Origin: an uncultured Gammaproteobacteria bacterium
GTDB lineage: Bacteria; Pseudomonadota; Gammaproteobacteria; Steroidobacterales; Steroidobacteraceae
DNA: 64,000 nucleotides
Assembly (NCBI GenBank): GCA_963836805.1
Contig: CAWIKK010000001.1
Coordinates: 702,758-766,757, forward strand
Reading direction: 5' to 3'
The position numbers and the translations under genes were made by a program. Positions 55,959 through 64,000 of this stretch are shown here, one piece after another. Below the pieces are notes generated by a model that was given only the letters and a program-made list of their open reading frames with translations, had not been told where the DNA came from and ran no database searches. Positions within the stretch are counted from its first letter, which is position 1, and each line of letters opens with the position of its first letter.

Positions 55959-56789
55959 TTAGCGCACTGCCCGCAACGAGCCCATGCCGGCCTCGTCATC
56001 CAGGCGGTTGAACACGCTTTGCATCGCCTGTACGCGCTGAATATAGGCGCGCGCCTGATGGTCCCCGCAACGCTGGCCCTCGGCGAGGTTAAATCCGTGT
56101 CTCGCGAACTCATCGCCGGCACCGGCTCCGCACAGATGGATCAACGCGGCGAGCATCTGTTTGTGGGGCAGCGACGCCGCGCTCATCCGGTGGCGCTCGA
56201 GAATCGCGACGACGCTGCGGTCAAGATAGGCGGACGTCAGCTCCACCGAATCGCCCGGGAAAACGCGCGCGTACAAACTGTTGAACCAGCATGAATGCCA
56301 GTCGTTCCAAGGTCCGTCCGCGACTACGGCATGATCGTGAATGCAGTAGCGCCGGGCTTCCGCAAAATTGCCGTCGGTGATCTGGTACATACCGACCGCG
56401 CTCGAGGCCGGACGATAGACCTCGAAGGGCTGGGACGACCAGGACCAGCGCCAGTAGGTTCGCGCCACGGGATTTCCGGAACCCTCCACCTGGGCGATTG
56501 CCGCGAGAAAATCCGGCGTCATCACCGCGGTCGAATATTTCCGGAACAAGGTTGCGTACTGCTGCCACGTCTCCGTCGGCGATTTGTACAAGGTTCCGCT
56601 CACCGGGAACAGCAGCTCCGAGGGCTTGCGCACCACCTGATAAATCCAGTTTATGCCGAGCCAAAGGATCAGAACGACGAGTGCCGCCGCGATGATTTTC
56701 GCGGGGCGGGGCGCGGGCCGCCACCAGCGTCTCACTTGACGAAAAAGTTTGCGTAAGCGGCGAAAGAGCTTGGCAGTGCGCCGCGTCAA
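55959..56789 (-). CDS. Membrane-anchored lytic transglycosylase (SLT-domain-like) protein, 276 aa
   Basis: N-terminal TM anchor, AAIAQVEGSGNPVA (catalytic-Glu region) and GMYQITDGNF (GLMQ-like motif). Overlaps the yheU stop by 4 nt. Confidence 0.55.
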   Translation of the reverse strand: MTRRTAKLFRRLRKLFRQVRRWWRPAPRPAKIIAAALVVLILWLGINWIYQVVRKPSELLFPVSGTLYKSPTETWQQYATLFRKYSTAVMTPDFLAAIAQVEGSGNPVARTYWRWSWSSQPFEVYRPASSAVGMYQITDGNFAEARRYCIHDHAVVADGPWNDWHSCWFNSLYARVFPGDSVELTSAYLDRSVVAILERHRMSAASLPHKQMLAALIHLCGAGAGDEFARHGFNLAEGQRCGDHQARAYIQRVQAMQSVFNRLDDEAGMGSLRAVR

Positions 56790-57034
56790 GGCCGGCCCGC
56801 GGCGTCTCGCTTGACCGCGATGGTCACGCTCGCGGACTCCGGGTCGAACACGATTTTGACCTCGCCTCTCTTCAGCTGGCCGATGACCCGGGCCACCTTG
56901 TCTTCGAGCGAGATTTCCCTCTCGCCGTAATCGGTGCCTTCGCGCAAGACAAAGGACTCGATCACCGCGTTCAGCAAATCCGCAGACAGTTCGCCGTAAG
57001 GCACCTCGACAGATTCGGGGACATCACTGGGCAT
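56786..57034 (-). CDS. yheU: YheU family protein (UPF0270), 82 aa
   Basis: [39 protein letters not shown] closely parallels E. coli YheU ([38 protein letters not shown]). ATG at 57034. Confidence 0.8.
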   Translation of the reverse strand: [82 protein letters not shown]

Positions 57035-57057
57035 TGCGCCCAGGGTATCACGGGTTT

Positions 57058-57519
57058 TTATGCGTTCCCGAGATCGGTCCGCGCCGCAAGCATCAGGCGC
57101 ATGGCCGCGTCGTCGCCTTCGCGCTGTTCGCGGCGGTCCGCGGCATGCTGCTCTTCCTTGCGCAACCGCTCCACCACCCGATGCAACGACTCGGCTTCGA
57201 CGCGTTTCTCGCTCCACTGCGTACGGCGCTTCTCGAATTCCTTGCGGGCATTGTCGAGCGACTTGTGATGCTGGTTCAAGGCTTCGCCCAGTCTGTTGAG
57301 AAACGAGCGGTAATTCTGCAGCTTGACGGCATCCATGGCGCCGTTCGCCTGGGTGGAGTTGCGCACATATTCATCGCGATAGGCCTGCAGCTGTTCCAGC
57401 TGGCGCTCGAGCTCAGTCACTTTGCGCCCTGCTTCGCCCATGGTGCGGCTCAGGTCTCTGGCCGACGTCGAGGCGATTTCATGTATGGGCTCAAACCGTT
57501 TGGACTTCATCCTGAGCAC
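57058..57519 (-). CDS. fliJ: Flagellar export chaperone FliJ (about 150 aa)
   Basis: Coiled-coil protein following fliI, with LEQLQAYRDEY..LQNYRSFLNRL. Start is GTG 57519 or ATG 57510. Confidence 0.85.
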   Translation of the reverse strand: MLRMKSKRFEPIHEIASTSARDLSRTMGEAGRKVTELERQLEQLQAYRDEYVRNSTQANGAMDAVKLQNYRSFLNRLGEALNQHHKSLDNARKEFEKRRTQWSEKRVEAESLHRVVERLRKEEQHAADRREQREGDDAAMRLMLAARTDLGNA

Positions 57520-58901
57520 TATCGGCCGGAGGGCGCGGCGGGTGCCGAGAACTGCGTCACGAGTTGCTTGAGATCCGCGTAACTTCGTTCGATTCCGAGC
57601 GGTTCATACATGTCCTGCCGCAGAAATTCGAGCATTTTCGGCCACTGTTCCACGGCCAGATCCACCCGCGCATCGGACCCGCGCCGGTACGCCCCGACGG
57701 TGATCAGGTCGCGATTCTGTTGGTAGGTCGAATAGACCTGCCGGAAGCGGTTCGCCAGATCCAGCTGTTCGCGCGTGGCAATTTGGTGCATCGCACGGCT
57801 GATGGAGGCCTCGACGTCCACCGCCGGGTACAGACCGTTCTCGGCGAGACGGCGCGACAGCACGATGTGTCCGTCCAAAATGGCACGCGCCGCGTCCGCG
57901 ATCGGATCGTTCTGATCGTCGCCTTCCACCAATACGGTGTAAAACGCCGTGATCGATCCCACGCCGCGATCGCTGTTGCCGGCGCGCTCCACCAGCTGCG
58001 GCAAGCGCGCAAATACCGACGGCGGATATCCCTTGGTCGCGGGTGGCTCGCCGATCGCCAGGGCTATTTCGCGCTGCGCTTGCGCGAAGCGCGTCAGGGA
58101 ATCGAGCAGCAGCAGGACTTTCAAACCGCGATCGCGAAAATATTCGGCGATGGCTGTCGCGAGCCACGCGCCGTGCAGGCGCATGAGCGGCGGGTTGTCG
58201 GCCGGCGTCGCCACGACCACGGCACGGCGCATGCCGTCGGGTCCCAGGGTGTTGCTGACGAAATCTTGCACCTCGCGGCCGCGCTCCCCGATCAGCCCAA
58301 CCACGGTAACATCGGCTTTGGTGTACCGGGTCATCATGCCGAGCAGCACCGACTTGCCCACACCGGATCCGGCGAACAAGCCGATTCGCTGCCCCCCGCC
58401 GACGGACAGCAGCGCATTGATCGAGCGCACGCCGACATCGAGCGGATCGCGGATCGCACGGCGCATCAACGGATTCAACGGCTCGCCGGTGAGCGAGATC
58501 CGGTCAGTGCAGCGCAGCTCTCCGAATCCGTCGAGCGGCCGCCCCGCGCCGTCCAGCACCCTTCCCAACAATTCTTCACCCACCGCAACCGCTGACTCGC
58601 TGCGCGTCGGAATCACGCGCGCACCCGGCATCAGCCCGCGGATATCCCCGGTCGGCATGAGAAATAATTTGTCGCCGGAGAAGCCGACGACTTCGGCCTC
58701 GATCTGTTTGCCCTCCGCCGTGTCGACCAGGCACCGCCCGCCCACTGCCGCCTCGCATCCCACGGCCTCCAAGGTCATGCCGACCATGCGATTAAGCGTG
58801 CCTTCGACCACGAATTCGGCGGCGTTTGCCATGCGCTCGCGCGCCTGGACCAGCGCCTCAGCCCAACGCTTCGGGCGCAGTTGCGCGGCAGCCCCGCTCA
58901 A
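57519..58901 (-). CDS. fliI: Flagellum-specific ATPase FliI
   Basis: Walker A GSGVGKSVLLG, Walker B LLLLDSLTRFA. The likely start is TTG 58901 overlapping the fliH TGA; the upstream part of track ORF to 59060 overlaps fliH. Confidence 0.95.
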   Translation of the reverse strand: MSGAAAQLRPKRWAEALVQARERMANAAEFVVEGTLNRMVGMTLEAVGCEAAVGGRCLVDTAEGKQIEAEVVGFSGDKLFLMPTGDIRGLMPGARVIPTRSESAVAVGEELLGRVLDGAGRPLDGFGELRCTDRISLTGEPLNPLMRRAIRDPLDVGVRSINALLSVGGGQRIGLFAGSGVGKSVLLGMMTRYTKADVTVVGLIGERGREVQDFVSNTLGPDGMRRAVVVATPADNPPLMRLHGAWLATAIAEYFRDRGLKVLLLLDSLTRFAQAQREIALAIGEPPATKGYPPSVFARLPQLVERAGNSDRGVGSITAFYTVLVEGDDQNDPIADAARAILDGHIVLSRRLAENGLYPAVDVEASISRAMHQIATREQLDLANRFRQVYSTYQQNRDLITVGAYRRGSDARVDLAVEQWPKMLEFLRQDMYEPLGIERSYADLKQLVTQFSAPAAPSGR

Positions 58902-59524
58902 GTTGACCCGCCGCGCGGCGCCGTCGCGTGGCGCTCGGTCCCCAACAGCTCGCTCAGGATGCTGCCCAGCCGGGTTTCCAAGCGCGCGTCGATGCGCGAC
59001 GTACTGGTGGTGATCTGGCACCCGCCGCGCGCCATCACCGGATCTTCGATGATGGCCCACGCCCGCTCGTTTTCAGTCGGTGCCAGATGCTGCTTGACCA
59101 CCGCGGCATCTTCGGGGTGCAAGTGCACGCGCACATCGCGCGTCGCGACAGGCAGCGCCGCGATGGCTTCGCGAATGATGCCGATGATTTGCGTGGGATC
59201 TGATTTCAGCTCGCGGCGCACAATTTGCCGCGCCAATGCCATCGCCAGCGTGAGCAGCTCGCGCTCGACTTCCGCGTCGAGCGCATCGAACGGCTTCGCG
59301 AGGTCGTAGAACATGCCCGCCAAGCGGTCCACCTGCGCCCGCACTTCCGCGTGTCCGGCTTGCCGGCCCTCAGCCAAACCCTGCTCGAAGGCCTCTTTGT
59401 GCGCCTCGGCCTGCAAATCCGCAAGGCCGCCCACGGTCGCCATCTGCTGCGGAGCCGGGCCTTCCATATCGGGCACCGTCCATAATGCGACGGTCGCGCC
59501 GGACTTTTTGTTGGCGTCAGACAA
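58898..59524 (-). CDS. fliH: Flagellar assembly protein FliH (208 aa)
   Basis: Position between fliG and fliI, with the conserved C-terminal region GGCQITTSTSRIDARLETRL. Confidence 0.85.
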   Translation of the reverse strand: MSDANKKSGATVALWTVPDMEGPAPQQMATVGGLADLQAEAHKEAFEQGLAEGRQAGHAEVRAQVDRLAGMFYDLAKPFDALDAEVERELLTLAMALARQIVRRELKSDPTQIIGIIREAIAALPVATRDVRVHLHPEDAAVVKQHLAPTENERAWAIIEDPVMARGGCQITTSTSRIDARLETRLGSILSELLGTERHATAPRGGST

Positions 59525-60521
59525 ACTCGCCCGCCCCTTTGCCGCCGAGGCTGATAGTGCCTTCTTCGGCCATGCGCTGCGCGATCACGATGATTTCCTT
59601 TTGCGCCGCTTCGACATCCGTGAGTTTGACCGGCCCGCGCGCTTCCATATCGTCCTTGAGTATCTCGGCCGCACGCTTCGACATGTTTTTCAGGACTTTC
59701 TCCTGCACCTCCGGTTCGGCGCCGCGCAGGGCCACCGCCAGGGTATCGGAGCCCACTTCGCGCAGCAGCGCCTGAATGCCGCGATCGTCGACATCCAGCA
59801 GATTGTCGAACACGAACAGCAGATCCTTGATTTGCTGATGCATCTCGCCGTCAGCTTTCTCGATCTTGCCCAATTCGTCGCTGAGTTTGTCGCGCTCCAT
59901 GGCATTCAGGATATTGGCCGCGCTGCGCGCGCCGCCGATGCGCCGCAGCGGCGCGGGCGCCGCGACGCTGGCCTGTTTTTCCACCAGCTGGTCCAGTTCC
60001 GTGAGCGCCGATTGCGGCACCTCGTTGAGCGAGGCAATGCGCATCAACACTTCGGTGCGCAGGTCTTCGTTGAGCAGCGGCAGGATGGCGGCTGATTGCT
60101 CGGGTTCCAGGTGCGCCAGCACGATGGCGGCAATTTGCGGATGCTCGCCGCTGATGATCTGCGCGACCGCCTTGGCCTCCATCCACTTCAAGGCCTCAAT
60201 GCCCTGGCCGGCCTGACCGTTCGATACCCGGTCGAGCAGCATGTCGGTCTTCTGTTTGCCGACGGCCTGCGTCAGAACGCGCCGTACGTAGTCCTGCGAT
60301 CCCCCGGCGATGTTCGCCTTGCCGTCGGCAATGCCGATAAACTTATCCAGCACCGAACTCATTTGCTCGCGCGACACCTCTTTGAGCTCGGCCATCGCGA
60401 TACCCAATTTCTGCACTTCGCGGGCGCTCAGCTGCTTGAGGACGTTGGCGGCATCCTGCTCGCCCAAGCTCATCAATAAGATGGCGGCGCGCTGTGTTCC
60501 GGCGAGTTCGTCGTTAGCCAT
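59517..60521 (-). CDS. fliG: Flagellar motor switch protein FliG (334 aa)
   Basis: Starts MANDELAGTQRAAILLMSLGEQDAANVLKQL. C-terminal torque-helix region ALRGAEPEVQEKVLKNMSKRAAEILKDDME. Confidence 0.95.
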   Translation of the reverse strand: MANDELAGTQRAAILLMSLGEQDAANVLKQLSAREVQKLGIAMAELKEVSREQMSSVLDKFIGIADGKANIAGGSQDYVRRVLTQAVGKQKTDMLLDRVSNGQAGQGIEALKWMEAKAVAQIISGEHPQIAAIVLAHLEPEQSAAILPLLNEDLRTEVLMRIASLNEVPQSALTELDQLVEKQASVAAPAPLRRIGGARSAANILNAMERDKLSDELGKIEKADGEMHQQIKDLLFVFDNLLDVDDRGIQALLREVGSDTLAVALRGAEPEVQEKVLKNMSKRAAEILKDDMEARGPVKLTDVEAAQKEIIVIAQRMAEEGTISLGGKGAGEFV

Positions 60522-62172
60522 CCGCGGAGACCCAATCCTTTACGACTTGTGCGGCGCGCCGCGGATCCTGCCCCACCAGGGTTCGCGCAGCCGCAATCTG
60601 CTGCTCGAAGCTGGGAGCGAGCTTGATGGGTTTGCCCTGGCCCGACAGGCTGAGGCGATCGCTTTCGACGTCGTCGCCGCTGCTTGCGTTGGTTCGCCCG
60701 GCCGGTTTGGTCAACGACTTCATCAGCGGCCGCAGCACCAGAAACGCCACCACCAGCACCAGCCCGGCGCCGATGATCTGTTTGGCGAGCTGGCTCAACC
60801 ACGGTTGCTGCCACAACGGCGGCCCGTCGACGGGGCCGATCGCCGCATTGCTCTTGAACGCCTGGTTCAACACGTTGATCTGATCGCCGCGGTCGTCTTT
60901 CAGGCCGATCGACTCCTTGATAAGCTGGGTGAAGCGTTTGATATCGGTGTCGCTCATCGGCGCCGTGCTCACCTTGCCGTCGGCATCAACTTTCTGCCAA
61001 TCATCGAGCACCACTCCGACATTGAGACGCTTCAACGTGCCGACAGGCTGCTTTACATACGAGAGTGTGCGGTCGACTTCGAAATTACGCGTGCTGCGTT
61101 GTGCGCTCGAGCTCGGGCCCGTGCTCACGGCGGCGGTTTGGCCGGCGCCCGCGGCAGCGGGCGCCGCCGCCGGATTTCCGGGGGTCGCGGCGCCGGGAAT
61201 CGCCGGCGCACCCGACGTGCCGGGCGGCTGATTGCTCAAGGCGCCCGGAATCCCTTCGGCGCCGTCGCCGCCCTTGCGCATTTCATTGCTGGTTTGCTCG
61301 CTGCGGACCGCCGTTTTCTGCGGGTCGTAGTTTTCGTGGGTCTCCTCCGTGACCGTGTAGTCCATATCCGCCGTAACCGTGGCGCGCACGCGCCCGGCTC
61401 CCAACATCGGCTCGAGCAATTCTACGATGCGTTGCTGATAGCTCTCCTCGATCTTGCGGGTTTGCGCGAAATGCCGGGTGCTGGCCGCGGCTTCGGCATT
61501 TTCGTCCGGCGAATTGAGCAAGGATCCAGCCTGATCCACCAGTGTCACATCGTTTGCGGCTAATTCGGGAACGCTCGACGCGACCAAGTGCACGATGGCC
61601 GCAACCTGCCCCGGCTCGAGCCGTCTGCCGGGGTACAGCTGCAACATCACCGAGGCCGTTGCCTTGTGCGCGTCGCGCAAAAATACCGAGGGCTTGGGGA
61701 GCGCCAGATGCACGCGCGCGCTCTGCACGCCCTGCACCTTGATGATGGTACGGGCCAGTTCGGTTTCGAGCACCGACTGATAACGAGCGCTTTCCATCAT
61801 GCTGCTGTTGCCGAGCGCTGAATCCTTTTGAATCATCTCGATGCCCATCGAATCGCTTTGCGGCAGCCCCTGGCTGGCCAGACGAATGCGGGCTTCCTGC
61901 ACTTTGGATTCCGGCACAGACACCGCGCCGGAGGGATTGAGCTTGAATTCGATGCCCGCGGCGGTCAGTGCGTCCATGACCTGGCCGCTTTCGCGCTCGG
62001 AGAGCTGCCCGTACAGCACCGTGTAATTCTGTCCCTGCGACCACAGCACCAGCCAGATGGCCGCCGCAATGGCTGCTGCAACCCCCGCAAGCAGACCGAC
62101 TTGCTTGAGTCCGGGGATGTCGGCCAGGCCGCGAGCCTGAGCCTGAGCCTGAGTGGGAACGATGTCAGCCAT
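60514..62172 (-). CDS. fliF: Flagellar MS-ring protein FliF (552 aa)
   Basis: N-terminal TM, the region YTVLYGQLSERESGQVMDALTAAGIEFKL, and a C-terminal TM plus FliG-binding tail. Confidence 0.95.
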   Translation of the reverse strand: MADIVPTQAQAQARGLADIPGLKQVGLLAGVAAAIAAAIWLVLWSQGQNYTVLYGQLSERESGQVMDALTAAGIEFKLNPSGAVSVPESKVQEARIRLASQGLPQSDSMGIEMIQKDSALGNSSMMESARYQSVLETELARTIIKVQGVQSARVHLALPKPSVFLRDAHKATASVMLQLYPGRRLEPGQVAAIVHLVASSVPELAANDVTLVDQAGSLLNSPDENAEAAASTRHFAQTRKIEESYQQRIVELLEPMLGAGRVRATVTADMDYTVTEETHENYDPQKTAVRSEQTSNEMRKGGDGAEGIPGALSNQPPGTSGAPAIPGAATPGNPAAAPAAAGAGQTAAVSTGPSSSAQRSTRNFEVDRTLSYVKQPVGTLKRLNVGVVLDDWQKVDADGKVSTAPMSDTDIKRFTQLIKESIGLKDDRGDQINVLNQAFKSNAAIGPVDGPPLWQQPWLSQLAKQIIGAGLVLVVAFLVLRPLMKSLTKPAGRTNASSGDDVESDRLSLSGQGKPIKLAPSFEQQIAAARTLVGQDPRRAAQVVKDWVSADG

Positions 62173-62192
62173 GGATTAAACCTCGCGGTCCG

Positions 62193-62513
62193 TTAGACCG
62201 ACATATTCATTACTTGCTGGTAGGCATCGACGAGCTTATTGCGCACCTCGGTCATGGCGCGAAACGCCAATGACGCCTTCTGAACTTCCAGCATCACCTT
62301 GGTCAGGTCGATGCTCTTGTCGCCTGCTTCGTAGGCATCGGCCAGCGCAGTGGCCTGGTTCTGCATGCCGGCCACGTGATCCACGGAATTTTTCAACAGA
62401 TTTGCGAATTCCGAGGGTTGCGCCGCGGCCGCCGGCGGTTCGGAGATGCCCGAAGCCCGCGCCTGCAGTGCACGCATTTCCGCCAGCACCTGAGTTATCT
62501 GCATGCTGCTCAT
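62193..62513 (-). CDS. fliE: Flagellar hook-basal body protein FliE (106 aa)
   Basis: C-terminal VMLEVQKASLAFRAMTEVRNKLVDAYQQVMNM is the FliE signature. Confidence 0.9.
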   Translation of the reverse strand: MSSMQITQVLAEMRALQARASGISEPPAAAAQPSEFANLLKNSVDHVAGMQNQATALADAYEAGDKSIDLTKVMLEVQKASLAFRAMTEVRNKLVDAYQQVMNMSV

Positions 62514-62515
62514 GG

Positions 62516-63922
62516 TTATACCGTCATGAATTGATGTTCGTGAACGCGCGGTACCGCGACGCCTGCGGCTTTGAATTGCTGCAGCTTGTGGCGCAGCGTC
62601 CGCGGACTTATCCCCAGGCGCTCCGCAGTGAGTTTACGATTGCCTCCGGTCACCCGCAGCGTCGCCAGAATGAGTTCGCGTTCCCGGTCTTTGAGGTCGC
62701 GGTCCAAACCGGAATCGAGCGCAGCGGCCGGCTGCACCGCGGCGTTGCCGGGCGCGGCGCTTCCTGCCGTCGACGGCTGTCCCGGTGCCGCGGCCGCTGC
62801 GGTGCCGGTATCAAGATCCACGGCACTGATCGAGCCGCCGGCGGCGAGCCAAGCGGCGCGCTGCACGATGTTGTTCAGTTCGCGGGCGTTTCCCGGCCAG
62901 TCGTAGCTCAGCAATTTGCGCTCGGCATCCGCGGAGAGGCTCAGGGCCGCCTGCCCCGCGCGAGCACAAGCCTGCAGCGCGCGTCGTGCCAGCGGCAGGA
63001 TGTCGCCGCGCCGCTCGCGCAGCGCCGGCAGGCGCAATGACATCACATTGAGCCGGTAGAAAAGATCTGCGCGGAAGCGTGCCGCGCGCACCTCTTCCGG
63101 AAGGTCGCGGTTGGAGGTCGCAATCACGCGCACGTCCAGACTGATGGTGCGGGTGCTCCCGAGGCGTTCCACTTCGCGCTCCTGCAGCACGCGCAAGATT
63201 TTGGCCTGCAGCCCCAAATCCATTTCCGAGATCTCGTCGAGCAGCAGCGTGCCGCCCTGCGCTTGCTCGAATTTTCCCGCATGCGCTGCGAGGGCACCGG
63301 TGAAGGCGCCCTTCTCGTGGCCAAACAGACTGGCTTCGAGCATGTTCTCGGGGATCGCGGCGCAATTAATGGCGATGAACGGTTTATCAGCCCGCGGCGA
63401 ATTGTCGCGTATGAAGCGCGCGTATACCTCTTTGCCCGTGCCGCTCTCGCCGCTGATGAGCACCGTGGCGTCGTTCTCGGCAATCTTGCGCGCGAGGCCC
63501 ACCATCCGTTTCGATTCAGGATCGGCGGCGATCAGCTCATTGGGCGCAACCCGTGCGGCCAGCTGGCGCTGCGCCATGCCGATCAATGCCTGGGCATCGA
63601 AGGGCTTGACGATATAGTCGGTCGCACCCTCGCGCATCGCCGCAACCGCCTGAGCCACCGTGCCGTAGGCCGTCATCAGCACCACAGGAAGGTAGGGACG
63701 CATCCGCTTGATCGAGGACAGCAGCTCGTAGCCGTTGGCGCCCGGCATGTGCACGTCGGATATCACCAAACCGATGTCTTCGCTCGACAACAGTTGCAGT
63801 GCGCTTTGCGCATCGGCAGCCGCCACCGCCGGCAATCCCGCGGCGCGCAGCGTATCGAGCAATGCCTCGCGCAGCGCGGCGTCGTCCTCAACCACCAAGA
63901 CCGCATCGTTCACTTTGCTCAT
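62516..63922 (-). CDS. fleR: Sigma54-dependent response regulator FleR/FlrC (NtrC family)
   Basis: Receiver (VLVVEDDAALREAL.., DVHMPG), AAA+ domain (GESGTGKEV; GAFTGA) and C-terminal HTH. ATG 63922 forms an ATGA overlap with the upstream kinase stop. Confidence 0.9.
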   Translation of the reverse strand: MSKVNDAVLVVEDDAALREALLDTLRAAGLPAVAAADAQSALQLLSSEDIGLVISDVHMPGANGYELLSSIKRMRPYLPVVLMTAYGTVAQAVAAMREGATDYIVKPFDAQALIGMAQRQLAARVAPNELIAADPESKRMVGLARKIAENDATVLISGESGTGKEVYARFIRDNSPRADKPFIAINCAAIPENMLEASLFGHEKGAFTGALAAHAGKFEQAQGGTLLLDEISEMDLGLQAKILRVLQEREVERLGSTRTISLDVRVIATSNRDLPEEVRAARFRADLFYRLNVMSLRLPALRERRGDILPLARRALQACARAGQAALSLSADAERKLLSYDWPGNARELNNIVQRAAWLAAGGSISAVDLDTGTAAAAAPGQPSTAGSAAPGNAAVQPAAALDSGLDRDLKDRERELILATLRVTGGNRKLTAERLGISPRTLRHKLQQFKAAGVAVPRVHEHQFMTV

Positions 63923-64000
63923 GAATTGCCCTCTGCCGGAAGATCGATGACGAAGGTGGCGCCGCAGGGCGACTCGGCCAGACAAACAGTGCCGCCGTGC
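63919..64000 (-). CDS. fleS: Sensor kinase FleS/FlrB, C-terminal end only (runs off the window)
   Basis: My translation of the minus strand gives ..HGGTVCLAESPCGATFVIDLPAEGNS*, the typical end of an HATPase domain. Position upstream of fleR. Confidence 0.55.
   Translation of the reverse strand, partial: HGGTVCLAESPCGATFVIDLPAEGNS

Noticed and set aside
58902-59060. N-terminal 52-53 codons of track ORF 57519..59060 (fliI).
   Set aside because: They overlap the fliH 3' end. Alignment to known FliI N-termini begins near LSGAAAQLRPKRWAEAL (TTG 58901).

Overview
GC-rich proteobacterial chromosome segment (mid-60s % GC by eye, not computed). No database search was run. Gene content and protein sequences suggest a polar-flagellated Gammaproteobacterium of the Xanthomonadales/Nevskiales type; this is inference. 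Left 14 kb, minus strand: the classic block tRNA-Tyr/Gly/Thr, tuf, tRNA-Trp, secE, nusG, rplK, rplA, rplJ, rplL, rpoB, rpoC. rpoB is broken by two single-base frameshifts. A composite hairpin module recurs in four intergenic spacers of this block. Next come padR and a DPP-IV-like S9 peptidase. The rest is a sigma54-type flagellar regulon on the minus strand: fleS (partial), fleR, fliEFGHIJ, fliK, fliLMNOPQR, flhB, flhA, flhF, flhG, fliA, motAB. Two non-flagellar blocks split this regulon. Block 1 (49.9-57.0 kb, between fliJ and fliK) carries yheU, an SLT-like transglycosylase, a MetX-like esterase, two S9 peptidases and a LysE exporter. Block 2 (29.7-48.2 kb, between fliK and fliL) carries an OmpR/HK pair with an M13 peptidase, mipA, and a 13.5-kb plus-strand cluster. 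That cluster is an aryl-polyene/xanthomonadin-type type II PKS plus lipid-anchoring and export set. I saw no transposase, integrase, phage gene, toxin-antitoxin pair or CRISPR array. I do not see a clearly new system. The best candidates for follow-up are the reduced APE-like cluster and its position inside the flagellar regulon, the recurrent hairpin module, the sigma54 promoter abutting the fliK start codon, and the two frame breaks in rpoB.
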